Position numbers and translations under genes: made by a program. The notes beneath the pieces are model-generated. The model saw only the letters and a list, made by a program, of their open reading frames with translations, was not told the origin of the DNA and searched no databases. 64,000 nucleotides of DNA. Origin: an uncultured Planctomycetales bacterium. Lineage in GTDB: Bacteria; Omnitrophota; Gorgyraeia; Zapsychrales; JANLHA01. Positions within the stretch are counted from its first letter, which is position 1. Each line of letters begins with the position of its first letter. Positions 52,907 through 62,147 of this stretch are shown piece by piece. The stretch lies in NCBI GenBank assembly GCA_964474085.1, contig CAYYRJ010000014.1, positions 603 to 64,602 of the forward strand, written 5' to 3'.

Positions 52907-53866
52907 ATGAGTGCATTAGATTTTGAAAAACCGATTATTGAGCTGGAAGCAAAAATCAATGATCTGAAAAAAAGCGGCAAGACTAAAAAGATCGATTTTG
53001 AGCCTGAGATCAAAAAAATCGAGCAAAAGATCGAAAAGATGAAACAGGAGATTTATTCAAATCTGACCGATTGGCAAAGAGTGCAAATTGCCCGGCATCC
53101 GAATCGCCCGTACACGCTTGATTATATTCATCTGATGACCTCCGAATTTGTTGAACTGCATGGCGACCGGCTTTTTGCTGATGATTTGGCGTTCGTTGCT
53201 GGTTTTGCGAAACTCAATGGCCACAAGATCATGATTATGGGTCATCAAAAAGGGCGCGATACGAAAGACAATATCCGTCGGAATTTTGGTTGTGCGCATC
53301 CGGAAGGATATCGCAAAGCGATACGCCTGATGCATATGGCCGAAAAATTTGGTCTTCCGATTGTGGTTTTGATTGATACCCCCGGGGCTTATCCGGGTGT
53401 CGGCGCCGAGGAACGCGGGCAAGCGCAGGCGATTGCCGAGAATTTGATGGAAATGTCTCAGCTTAAAACGCCGGTTATCGCAACAATTATCGGCGAGGGG
53501 GGAAGCGGCGGAGCTTTAGGAGTCGGTGTGGCGGATCGGGTTTTGATTTTGCAAAATGCGTATTATTCGGTCATTTCCCCAGAAGGTTGCGCTTCGATTC
53601 TCTGGCGCAGCAGCACAAAGGCCCCTGAGGCGGCCAATGCTCTTAAACTCACCGGCGAGCATTTACTTAAATTTGGTATTGTCGATGAAGTTGTTGCCGA
53701 GCCGCAGGGTGGGGCCCATCGCGATCCGGAATTTGTGGCCAATCAATTAAAAAAATCTATTCTTAAAAACATTAAAGAATTGTCTTCTCTTTCATCGCAA
53801 GAACTCCTTGACCAGCGTTACGAAAAATTTCGGCGCATCGGGCATTTTGCACAAGCCAAAGCGTAA
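52907..53866 (+). CDS. accA: Acetyl-CoA carboxylase carboxyltransferase alpha subunit
   Basis: ...LDYIHLMTSEFVELHGDRLFADDLAFVAGFAKLNGHKIMIMGHQKGRDTKDNIRRNFG...PIVVLIDTPGAYPGVGAEERGQ... Confidence 0.9.
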   Translation: MSALDFEKPIIELEAKINDLKKSGKTKKIDFEPEIKKIEQKIEKMKQEIYSNLTDWQRVQIARHPNRPYTLDYIHLMTSEFVELHGDRLFADDLAFVAGFAKLNGHKIMIMGHQKGRDTKDNIRRNFGCAHPEGYRKAIRLMHMAEKFGLPIVVLIDTPGAYPGVGAEERGQAQAIAENLMEMSQLKTPVIATIIGEGGSGGALGVGVADRVLILQNAYYSVISPEGCASILWRSSTKAPEAANALKLTGEHLLKFGIVDEVVAEPQGGAHRDPEFVANQLKKSILKNIKELSSLSSQELLDQRYEKFRRIGHFAQAKA

Positions 53867-53890
53867 AGTGCGGCGGGCGCATTTTTTAAA

Positions 53891-54937
53891 ATGACAAATT
53901 CCAATAAACCAGATATTCGCGGCCTTTCTTTGATGGAGCTTAAAGAGGCACTGCAAGCTATCGGGCAAACGCCTTTTCGCGCGTCTCAAGTTTTTGATTG
54001 GATTTATAAAAAAGGCGTCAGCGATTTTGAGGCGATGTTAAACCTTGCGCCGGCACTGCGTACAAAGTTAAAAGAAAATTTTTTGCTTTTTGTGCCGAGC
54101 GTTGTCACCGAGCATCATTCGCTCGACGGGACAAAAAAGTTTTTGTTTGCGATGCAGGATGGGGAAAAAGTTGAAACGGTCCTCATCCCCTCGAAGACCC
54201 GAGCGACCGTGTGCGTTTCGACACAGGCCGGCTGTAAGTTTGGCTGCAAATTTTGTGCCAGCGGCATAGGCGGCTGGACGAGAAATTTGACGGCTGCTGA
54301 AATTATGACAGAAGTTCTTTATGCCAAATTCAAGAGTCATCTTCAACCGCTTTCCCATATTGTTTTTATGGGTACAGGTGAGCCGTTGGATAATTATGAA
54401 AACCTCATGCAGGCGATTCGTTTGATCAATGCTTCCGAAGGCCTCAATATTGCGGCCCGACGGATCACGGTGTCAACCTGTGGGGTTATTCCGCAAATTT
54501 TACAGTTGGCCAAGGAAGGCTTGCAAATTGAACTGGCAATTTCGCTGCATGGGTTTAATGACGAGTCGCGCAAAGTCCTTATGCCGGTTAATAAAAAATA
54601 TCCGATGAATGAACTGATTGCCGCTTGTCGTGAATATATCAAAGCGACCAAGCGCCAGATTACGTTTGAATATATTTTGATTAAAGATCTGACGTGTAGT
54701 CCGCAGGCAGTGCGCGAATTAAGCGTGCTGTTAAAGGGGATGATATGTAAAATGAACTTGATTCCGTATAATCCTGTTTCCGAATTTGACCACAAAACTC
54801 CGACGAGACAAGAGATGATGGATTTTCAGGACAGCCTAGAGCGCGCCGGCATTCACGCGACAATTCGCACGCCGCGCGGGCGGGATGTTTCCGCCGCTTG
54901 CGGGCAACTGAGGCATGCTTTGTCTAAGAAGGCGTAA
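53891..54937 (+). CDS. rlmN: Radical-SAM 23S rRNA/tRNA m2A methyltransferase RlmN
   Basis: ...CVSTQAGCKFGCKFCASG... (CxxxCxxC), ...VFMGTGEPLDN..., ...CGQL (C-terminal Cys). Confidence 0.85.
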   Translation: MTNSNKPDIRGLSLMELKEALQAIGQTPFRASQVFDWIYKKGVSDFEAMLNLAPALRTKLKENFLLFVPSVVTEHHSLDGTKKFLFAMQDGEKVETVLIPSKTRATVCVSTQAGCKFGCKFCASGIGGWTRNLTAAEIMTEVLYAKFKSHLQPLSHIVFMGTGEPLDNYENLMQAIRLINASEGLNIAARRITVSTCGVIPQILQLAKEGLQIELAISLHGFNDESRKVLMPVNKKYPMNELIAACREYIKATKRQITFEYILIKDLTCSPQAVRELSVLLKGMICKMNLIPYNPVSEFDHKTPTRQEMMDFQDSLERAGIHATIRTPRGRDVSAACGQLRHALSKKA

Positions 54938-54946
54938 AATAAAAAT

Positions 54947-55585
54947 ATGAAGACTAAGCTTGTTATTTTTGATCTCGATGGGACCCTGATGAATGCCTAT
55001 CCGGCAGTGTATCGTAGCGTCAATTTTACGGTTACGCAATTTGGGTTTGCGCCGATAACTCATGCAACAATTAAGCGCACGGTCGGTTGGGGCGACCGAC
55101 ATCTTTTGCAGTCGTTTATCGGGGACAAAAATTTGGATGCTGCGCTTAAAGTCTATCGACGGCATCATGCGATTGCCTTGCGGCAGGATACAAAACTTTT
55201 GCCCGGCGCGCTGAAAATTTTACAATACTTAAAAAGCAATGGATTTAAAATAGCGGTTGCCAGCAATCGGCCGACTAAGTTTTCGCTAATCGCTTTGCGT
55301 TATTTAAAAATTTATCCTTTTTTTGATGAAATCCTTTGCGGGGATAAAGTTCTTCATCCTAAACCTTCTCCAGATATTCTTAAAGAAATTTTGAAAAAGT
55401 TTGGGTTTTCTCCCACAGAGGCATTGTATGTTGGGGATATGGGCATTGATATCTTGACCGGTCGGCGCGCACGCGTTAAAACTCTAGCGGTTGCCAGCGG
55501 ATCTAACACGGTGATGGAACTTGCAGCCTTAAGTCCTTTGGCCGTTGTGGACAATGTTCTTGAGGTCAAAAAGTTTTTGCTTTGA
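54947..55585 (+). CDS. HAD-IA hydrolase (phosphoglycolate-phosphatase-like)
   Basis: LVIFDLDGTLMNAY...VASNRPTKF...HPKPSPDIL...YVGDMGIDILTGRRA. Confidence 0.75.
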   Translation: MKTKLVIFDLDGTLMNAYPAVYRSVNFTVTQFGFAPITHATIKRTVGWGDRHLLQSFIGDKNLDAALKVYRRHHAIALRQDTKLLPGALKILQYLKSNGFKIAVASNRPTKFSLIALRYLKIYPFFDEILCGDKVLHPKPSPDILKEILKKFGFSPTEALYVGDMGIDILTGRRARVKTLAVASGSNTVMELAALSPLAVVDNVLEVKKFLL

Positions 55586-55640
55586 TTTTTGTACAGGCCG
55601 TAGTACTATGTTTTTTCAAATTATTAACGGAGGATTTCAT

Positions 55641-55721
55641 ATGGGACGTAAAAGTAAAGTCGGTAAATTGAATTGGCGCTCCAAAAAAGCCAATCATGGC
55701 CGCAAGCCTTGCAAGGGATAA
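55641..55721 (+). CDS. Small basic 26-aa protein, possibly 30S ribosomal protein bTHX-like (not in the ORF track)
   Basis: Strong RBS GGAGGA 7 nt upstream of ATG. MGRKSKVGKLNWRSKKANHGRKPCKG resembles Thx [25 protein letters not shown]. Intergenic location between a HAD gene and a lipoprotein gene. Confidence 0.45.
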   Translation: MGRKSKVGKLNWRSKKANHGRKPCKG

Positions 55722-55760
55722 GCGTAATTTGCCATAAGGCCTTTCCGGGAGGTTTAAGGG

Positions 55761-56162
55761 ATGGATAAAATTTCGGTAAGGAAAAATTTTCTTTCGCTGC
55801 TTTTATCCGGTTTGCTTTTGAGTACAAGCGGCTGTTTTTATTTAGTCATTGGCGGCGTTGGCGCTTTAGGCGGATATGCAATTAGTCCGGATACCGTCGA
55901 GGGCACAGTAGGCGGGGATACAGCTCAGGATGTTTGGCAGGCAGCGGTGGATGTCATTTCGATTATGGGGATTATTGAAGAGAAGAATGAAATTTCGGGC
56001 GTGCTCATTGCAAAAGTGCAGGGCGTATATGTTACGGTGACCGTGGCAGAGCCATTGGCTGATAGCGTCAAGCTTCGCGTTAAGGCTCGCAAGGGCATGA
56101 TGCCTAAAATCAAGCTTGCCCAAGATATTTATACGAAAATTGTACAAAAGGCGCGGCCGTAA
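55761..56162 (+). CDS. Putative lipoprotein
   Basis: Signal with lipobox MDKISVRKNFLSLLLSGLLLSTSGC. 133 aa. Confidence 0.55.
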   Translation: MDKISVRKNFLSLLLSGLLLSTSGCFYLVIGGVGALGGYAISPDTVEGTVGGDTAQDVWQAAVDVISIMGIIEEKNEISGVLIAKVQGVYVTVTVAEPLADSVKLRVKARKGMMPKIKLAQDIYTKIVQKARP

Positions 56163-56261
56163 TTTTTGAGGTGACTTTAAATCAAAAGTTGACTTTCTTT
56201 GTACCGTTGGGTAGAATTGGTCTCTTTGCATTTGGAATAAGATGTTTGTAGCAAAAGTTGT

Positions 56262-56337
56262 GCCGAGATAGCTCAGTCGGTAGAGCGACGGCCTGAAAAG
56301 CCGTGCGTCCCCGGTTCAATTCCGGGTCTCGGCACCA
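56262..56337 (+). tRNA. tRNA-Phe (GAA), CCA encoded
   Basis: gccgagaTAgctcagtcggtagagcGacggcCTGAAAAgccgtgcgtccccggttcaattccgggtctcggcACCA. Cloverleaf with 7-bp acceptor, anticodon loop cuGAAaa. Confidence 0.9.
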
Positions 56338-56454
56338 TTTCTTTTATTAATAAGTTGTGTTGTAAACTCTGGCCCTGCCTTTTTGGGACAAAGTGTTTGA
56401 AGGCAGTACTGGCAAACTTTTCTAAAGGTACATTTGTAAAGATTGTGGTAGTTC

Positions 56455-56487
56455 GCTGGCGTCCCGAAAACGGGACTGGCGTTTTTT
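56455..56487 (+). terminator. Small Rho-independent terminator after tRNA-Phe (gtcccg-aaaa-cgggac + TTTTTT)
   Basis: cgctggcgtcccgaaaacgggactggcgttttttctt. Confidence 0.45.
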
Positions 56488-56511
56488 CTTAGAAAAGATT
56501 TAGATGTAAAC

Positions 56512-56584
56512 GCTGGCGTAGCTCAGCTGGTAGAGCAGCGCATTCGTAATGCGCAGGCCGTCAGTTCAATCCTGACCGCCAGCT
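56512..56584 (+). tRNA. tRNA-Thr (CGT)
   Basis: gctggcgTAgctcagctggtagagcAgcgcaTTCGTAAtgcgcaggccgtcagttcaatcctgaccgccagcT. Anticodon loop uuCGUaa. No encoded CCA. Confidence 0.85.
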
Positions 56585-56615
56585 TTGTTTTTAGTTGTTT
56601 ATTTAATCCGACCTT

Positions 56616-58409
56616 TTGACTTTGAAAAACTTTTCCTTTAGAGAAATTCCCAAGACCAACCGTTTTATTATTCTGCTTTTAGCACTCTTTGTTACAGTCG
56701 CTTTTCATAATTGCCTTCAAAATGATTTTATCGGCGACGATAAAGCGCTGTTTGTCCAGAATCAGTTTTATAAAAGCTTAAGCAATTTTCCTAAAATTTT
56801 TTCGCGGCAACTGGTTATGAGTCCGTCAGATTTTGACGCTTCTCAAAAAGTTGAATCCTTTTCAGGGTGCATATCGTATCGTCCCGTTTCTGCGGCAACT
56901 TTTTTCCTGGATTATGCTTTGTGGCAAGATAATCCTTTGGGCCATCATTTTAGTAATATTGTTTTGCATTTTTTGACGGTCGTTTTGGTTTTTTATTTTA
57001 CCTTGAGCCTTCAAAAGAATTTAGGGATTGCGTTTTTGACAGCGAGTTTTTTTGCACTGCATCCGATCCAGTCGGAGGTTGTAAACGCTAGCGGATATCG
57101 TTCAGATATTTTGATGGCTTTGTTTTATATGGCCGGGATTTTAGCGTATTGGCGTTGGACTTTGGCCAAAAGAAAAACCCTGCCTTTTGTGGCCGTTGCA
57201 ATAGCGTACTTTTTGGCACTGTTTTCCAAAGAGACGGCCTTGACTTTTCCCGTCGTGGTTTTTCTTCTCGACTATTTTTTTATTGCGTCTGATCGGTCAA
57301 AGATTTTTTACGAACGAAGATCGCTGTATCTGATGTTGGCGGCAATCAGCGGTTTTTATCTTTACGTTTATTTTATCCTGATTCCCAACGCGTTTTATTT
57401 GCAGTCAGCACCATTGGCGTTGCATGGATTAGCGCAAGTCGTGCAGATGCTAAAAATTTTGGGGCATTATATCCAGGCGCTTGTGTTTCCGTGGAAAGTT
57501 ACTGTTCTTGCCCCCTTGTATGCTCCGCCGGTTTTTCCTCTTAGTTTTTTGGAACTTCTCTTGCCGCTTTGTACAGTTTTGTTCGCTTTGTTTTTTGGCG
57601 TTTATTTTTATCAGAAAAACAAAATTGTGACTTTTGGGTTGCTGTGGTTTTTTGTCAGTTACTTCCCGACGAGCGGATTTTTTCCGTTGCTTAACCCAAT
57701 GGCATTTCGTTTTTTGTATTTACCGTCGGTTGGTTTTTTCTTGCTGGCAGCGCTTCTTGTCCAGTCTCTGGCTCGATGGATAGATCGAAAGAATTTTGTG
57801 CTTAATATCAGCTCCTTGATGCAAACTGCGTTGATTGGTCTTTTGATAGCACTCAGTGTCGCCAATAACGCTTTTTTTAAAAATAACTTTGTTGCTTGCC
57901 ACGAAATGATCCGTCGTTATCCGGACAGTTCGCGGCCGTACTGGATTTTAGGCCTGGATTACTATCGGGCAGGGAATTTTAAGGAAGCTGTGAAATATTT
58001 GCAGCATCATCTTACGGTTGCGTTTAATAATCCCTTTATTTCGAGTGACAAAGAAAAATTTATGACCTATCATCTTCTTGGGAAAGCATCTATTGATCCC
58101 GACGTTGCTATCAGTTATTTAGAGAAGGCGCTTGAGCTATTTCCGGGGATTGCAGAAGCTTATTTGGATCTTTCGAAAAATTACATTATAAAAAAAGATT
58201 ACCCGACGGCGCTGGGCTATGCAAAGCAGGCTTTAGAGCTTAATCCCCAATCGGCGCTGACGTATGTTTATATTATTCATATTAATATTGAGCTAGGTAA
58301 TTTAAGTCAAGCGCGCGATGTTTTATCGGCCGCGCAGGCTAAATTTCGAGGGGACTTTGCTCTCATGGCTGTCGCAAAACATCTTAAACAGGTGGAGAAT
58401 AAAAAATGA
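56616..58409 (+). CDS. TMTC-like GT-C family glycosyltransferase: polytopic membrane N-terminal domain plus C-terminal TPR repeats
   Basis: N-terminal ...FHNCLQNDFIGDDKALFVQNQ... resembles the DUF1736/TMTC F-x-x-DD motif. About 11 TM. C-terminal TPR ...AEAYLDLSKNYIIKKDYPTALGYAKQALELNPQSA... Confidence 0.55.
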   Translation: MTLKNFSFREIPKTNRFIILLLALFVTVAFHNCLQNDFIGDDKALFVQNQFYKSLSNFPKIFSRQLVMSPSDFDASQKVESFSGCISYRPVSAATFFLDYALWQDNPLGHHFSNIVLHFLTVVLVFYFTLSLQKNLGIAFLTASFFALHPIQSEVVNASGYRSDILMALFYMAGILAYWRWTLAKRKTLPFVAVAIAYFLALFSKETALTFPVVVFLLDYFFIASDRSKIFYERRSLYLMLAAISGFYLYVYFILIPNAFYLQSAPLALHGLAQVVQMLKILGHYIQALVFPWKVTVLAPLYAPPVFPLSFLELLLPLCTVLFALFFGVYFYQKNKIVTFGLLWFFVSYFPTSGFFPLLNPMAFRFLYLPSVGFFLLAALLVQSLARWIDRKNFVLNISSLMQTALIGLLIALSVANNAFFKNNFVACHEMIRRYPDSSRPYWILGLDYYRAGNFKEAVKYLQHHLTVAFNNPFISSDKEKFMTYHLLGKASIDPDVAISYLEKALELFPGIAEAYLDLSKNYIIKKDYPTALGYAKQALELNPQSALTYVYIIHINIELGNLSQARDVLSAAQAKFRGDFALMAVAKHLKQVENKK

Positions 58410-60211
58410 TCGAGCAGCGCAAAACAATCGTCGCTTTACTTCTATTGGCCGCGACAACATTTTTTGTTTATTCTTTTAGCGTCAATGGTTCTTTTAAGAC
58501 ACTCGACGATGATTACTCGATTGTCCGTAACGAAAACATCCGCAGTTTTCGCAATCTTCCTAAAATCATGACCAGTGCATTTTTTGGCGACGAATCCTAT
58601 TATCGGCCGCTGGTGATGGTCAGTTTTATGAAAGAGTATCATTTTTTTAAGCTCAATCCGTTTGCGTATTATATTGATAATATTTTAATCCATATTGGTA
58701 ATGCTCTTTTGGTTTTTGCTATTGTTTTATCTTTGTCTGCTCGACGGGAAATTGCCCTGGGCGCTGCTTTTATGTTTGCCCTGCATCCGATCCAATGGGA
58801 AGCCGTTTCAAACATTCCTGGGCGCGCAATTCTTTTGTGTGCTCTTTATGGCTTAGCGTCGTTTTATTTTTTTATTAATGCGGATCGAAAGAAATATTTT
58901 CCGTATCTTTCATTGGCCTTTTTTGCCTTGGCGCTTTTATGCAAAGAATCTGCCGGTGTTTTGCCGCTGGTTTTTTTGAGCTACCTATTTTTTATCAAGC
59001 GCAAAGAAAGTTTTACAATTCCTAAGCTTTTTACAACGTTTGTTCCTTATGCGGCCGTCGTCGCAGTGTATTTGTGGGTTCGCCATACTTTAGGAATAAC
59101 AAAAACATTCCCCTGGCGTTCTGCAAATGAAATGATCCTGGGGTTTCTTTCTTTTTTAAATAGCGTCATGATTGACTTGAGGTTATTTGTTTATCCCGTC
59201 GACCTTTATTTTGACCGTTCGCAGCCGATTTTTGTAAGTTTTGGGGATCCCAAGCTTATTTCGACGGTATTGTTCTTTGGGTTTTTGGCCGCCGTCCTGT
59301 GGATTAAACGAAAAGAAATTACGGGTCTGCAGGCGTTTTGTATCAGTTGGTTTTTCATTGAGCTTTTGCCGGTCTCGCAACTGATAACTACCGTTGGTGT
59401 TCAGCCTGGCTATATTTCGACGGCAGAGCATTTTCTTTATGTGCCTAGCATCGGTATTTTTATTCTTGCCCTTTTGGTTTTCGACTATTACAAAAAACTT
59501 AGCCTTTCCCAAAAAAGCGTGTCCGCTTTTATGATCCGTTTTGGGGCCATTGGATTTTCGCTTTTTCTTATTCTTATGACGATCCAATATAATATTTATT
59601 CGAGTAATGAAATTGCGATGTTTGAACGCACGCTGAAGATCAACCCTTCGAATACCCGCATTCGAAATTCATTAGCTCTTTCGTATGCTAAGCGTAACCG
59701 TTTTGATTTAGCGGAAGAAAATTTTAGGAAAGTGCTTGAGATTGAACCTTTAAATAACCGTGCCCGCATCGGTTTGGGCAAGTCTCTCTGCGACCAGGGT
59801 AAATTTTGGGATGGATTGCGTGAGTATGAAAAAGTCAAGGACCCCGGCAACCTGCAGACTTTGCTCGACGGAAACGTAAAATCGACGTTATTATTTTTAA
59901 TTTCGCATTATGATCGTCTGTCGCGCCGTTATCCAGCCAATGCTCGCGTGTATCATAGCTTAGGTGTGATTTATTCAAAATTGGATGATCCTAAGCAGGC
60001 GATTGTTTATTATGAAAAAGCGATTGCTTTGGATGCAAATTTTAAGGAATCGTTGTTTAATTTAGCCTCAACGTATCAAATGTTAGGTGAGCGCGATAAG
60101 GCAATTGATTTGTATCAGCGGGTTCTATCTTTAAAATCCGGCCCCGACGAACTCGATCGTCTTTCAGCTTCGCATTTAGCAGATATGGCACGTGCTGCCG
60201 AAAAACATTAA
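58406..60211 (+). CDS. Paralogous TMTC-like GT-C glycosyltransferase with TPR repeats
   Basis: ATGA overlap with the preceding paralog. ...FSVNGSFKTLDDDYSIVRNEN..., many TM, C-terminal TPR ...ARVYHSLGVIYSKLDDPKQAIVYYEKAIALDANFKESLFNLASTYQMLGERDKAIDLYQRVL... Confidence 0.55.
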   Translation: MIEQRKTIVALLLLAATTFFVYSFSVNGSFKTLDDDYSIVRNENIRSFRNLPKIMTSAFFGDESYYRPLVMVSFMKEYHFFKLNPFAYYIDNILIHIGNALLVFAIVLSLSARREIALGAAFMFALHPIQWEAVSNIPGRAILLCALYGLASFYFFINADRKKYFPYLSLAFFALALLCKESAGVLPLVFLSYLFFIKRKESFTIPKLFTTFVPYAAVVAVYLWVRHTLGITKTFPWRSANEMILGFLSFLNSVMIDLRLFVYPVDLYFDRSQPIFVSFGDPKLISTVLFFGFLAAVLWIKRKEITGLQAFCISWFFIELLPVSQLITTVGVQPGYISTAEHFLYVPSIGIFILALLVFDYYKKLSLSQKSVSAFMIRFGAIGFSLFLILMTIQYNIYSSNEIAMFERTLKINPSNTRIRNSLALSYAKRNRFDLAEENFRKVLEIEPLNNRARIGLGKSLCDQGKFWDGLREYEKVKDPGNLQTLLDGNVKSTLLFLISHYDRLSRRYPANARVYHSLGVIYSKLDDPKQAIVYYEKAIALDANFKESLFNLASTYQMLGERDKAIDLYQRVLSLKSGPDELDRLSASHLADMARAAEKH

Positions 60212-60217
60212 AGCCTC

Positions 60218-61501
60218 ATGCTTCGATTTATTTTCGATAAACGAAATAAGCAATTTATGCGCCTTTGGTGGGCGCAGCTTATTTCGCAGTTTGGCGACCG
60301 TTTAAATCAAATGGCTTTAATTGGCTTGATTGCCCAGCGTCAGCCTGGGTCAGCTTACAGTTTGGCAAAGCTTTTATCCTTTACAATTATTCCGGTTTTT
60401 ATTGTTGGGCCCATTGCCGGAGTTTATGTCGATCGCTGGGACAAGCGTAAAACTCTTTTTATTTGTGATTTAGCCCGCGGGGTTTTGGTTTTGGCGATTC
60501 CCTTTTTTTTGATTTACAAAGAATCAATTATTGGAATTTATATTGTCGTCTTTTTGATTTTTTGTTTTAGTCGTTTTTATGTGCCCGCCAAAATGTCGAT
60601 TGTCCCGGAGCTTGTCCCGGCCGAAAATATTCTCATGGCTAATTCGCTTTTAACGACGACGGGCATGCTGGCGTTTGTTTTAGGTTGTGCGTTAGGCGGT
60701 TTTCTCGTCGATAAAGTTGGTGCCCGAGCTGGGTTTATTGGGGATGCGGCAACTTATTTTTTTTCCGCGCTGTTGATCATGTCGATGCGTGCAAAATATA
60801 AAATCGACTTAAGTAAACAGCATATTATCGACAAAGGCAAAGAGATTCTTGCAATTGAAAAATCTTTTATAGCTGAGATCAGAGAAGGGCTGCAGTATCT
60901 TTTTAGCCAACGGCAGATTCGTTTTGTGATGAATATGTTTTTTATACTTTTGTCTGCTGCGGGGGCTGTCTATGTGGTTATTATTGTGTTTATTCAAAAT
61001 GCTTTTAATACGGTAACACGCGATTTGGGCGTTTTGGCGGTATGCTTGGGGGCAGGGCTTTTTGTTGGGGCGCTCTTTTATGGTCGTTGGGGGAAAAAAG
61101 TCCTTTGGTCGCGTACGATTTTTTTAAGTCTTATTTCCGGAGGGGTCATGGTCATTGTCTTTTCGATCATGGTCCAAAAATTTGCAAACATTCCTTTGGC
61201 GGCCGCGCTGGCGTTTTTCTTAGGTGTTGTTATCGGGCCGATTTTTATTGCTTCCAACACGATTGTGCATGTGGCTAGTGACGAGAAAATGCGCGGGAAA
61301 GTTTTTAGCAGTCTTGAGATCGTGATTCATTTGGCTTTTTTGACGTCGATGCTTATCAGTTCGTGGCTAGCCGAACGGGTTGACGCGTTTTGGATCTTGG
61401 TTTCGGTGGGCGTCATTTTTACCGTCGTCGGCATCGCGGGCATGATTCGCTATCGCCACGGCGGAGACCTTGCCTTTTTGACTGAAAAGATGCATCGTTG
61501 A
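60218..61501 (+). CDS. MFS transporter
   Basis: FMRLWWAQLISQFGDRLNQMALIGL... 12 predicted TM. Typical MFS_1 N-terminus. Confidence 0.7.
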   Translation: MLRFIFDKRNKQFMRLWWAQLISQFGDRLNQMALIGLIAQRQPGSAYSLAKLLSFTIIPVFIVGPIAGVYVDRWDKRKTLFICDLARGVLVLAIPFFLIYKESIIGIYIVVFLIFCFSRFYVPAKMSIVPELVPAENILMANSLLTTTGMLAFVLGCALGGFLVDKVGARAGFIGDAATYFFSALLIMSMRAKYKIDLSKQHIIDKGKEILAIEKSFIAEIREGLQYLFSQRQIRFVMNMFFILLSAAGAVYVVIIVFIQNAFNTVTRDLGVLAVCLGAGLFVGALFYGRWGKKVLWSRTIFLSLISGGVMVIVFSIMVQKFANIPLAAALAFFLGVVIGPIFIASNTIVHVASDEKMRGKVFSSLEIVIHLAFLTSMLISSWLAERVDAFWILVSVGVIFTVVGIAGMIRYRHGGDLAFLTEKMHR

Positions 61502-61610
61502 CCCCCAACAGTACTTCTGCCGCATAAGGCAAAACATGGGTTTTTGTTTTGTGTTAATTCAAATTAGCTTTATAATTTATTAAAGTCAAAATTAATTATG
61601 TGGCATCAGG

Positions 61611-62147
61611 GTGAGTTTTTATTTGATGGGCGTTGAGATTAATATTTTTGAGCGGTTTTCAGGGTGGAAATTTTCATTTTTTGCTTTTTTTCAGGTATTT
61701 TTGGTGTTTGCTATTCTTGTTTCGTTAGCCATTGCCCTGTGGCGGTATCAAAATACGGATTTTTCGACGGTCGATTCCAGAAAACCTGTTAAGGATTCCG
61801 GGGATTTTGCAGGGCCGTTTTTAGCAAGTGAAAGCAAGCCATTGAGTTTTTATACGGATATGACGGCCTTGCGTGATATCTTTCAATTTGGATCGGCTGA
61901 TTTAGGCATTGTCCCCGTGGCGGCTGATTTAACTTCGCCGGCACAGGGTGATTTTGGGACACGCTATATTGTTCAAGGCATTATTTTTGATAAAAATCCC
62001 CAGGCGATTATTAAGGATACGCAAAGTTCCAAGACGTATTTTGTTCACCGCAAAGAAACTTTAGACGGCGCTGTTTTAGAGAATATTGAGGGCAATCGGG
62101 TTATTTTTAAAATTCAGGGGCAATCAGTGGAGCTGATTAAAAAATGA
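61611..62147 (+). CDS. Hypothetical membrane-anchored protein immediately upstream of pilQ (PilP/PilO-like by position)
   Basis: N-terminal TM FSFFAFFQVFLVFAILVSLAIALW. ATGA overlap with pilQ. No diagnostic motif. Confidence 0.3.
   Translation: MSFYLMGVEINIFERFSGWKFSFFAFFQVFLVFAILVSLAIALWRYQNTDFSTVDSRKPVKDSGDFAGPFLASESKPLSFYTDMTALRDIFQFGSADLGIVPVAADLTSPAQGDFGTRYIVQGIIFDKNPQAIIKDTQSSKTYFVHRKETLDGAVLENIEGNRVIFKIQGQSVELIKK

Noticed and set aside
55624-55827. 67-aa minus-strand ORF covering the HAD/lipoprotein intergenic region
   Set aside because: A + strand 26-codon ORF with a strong GGAGGA RBS explains the region better. The minus ORF has no RBS.
56341-56450. Possible structured ncRNA between tRNA-Phe and tRNA-Thr (hairpin ctgcctt...aaggcag)
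   Set aside because: Single weak 7-bp stem with an 18-nt loop and no recognisable family motif. More likely a spacer with the terminator at 56455-56487.
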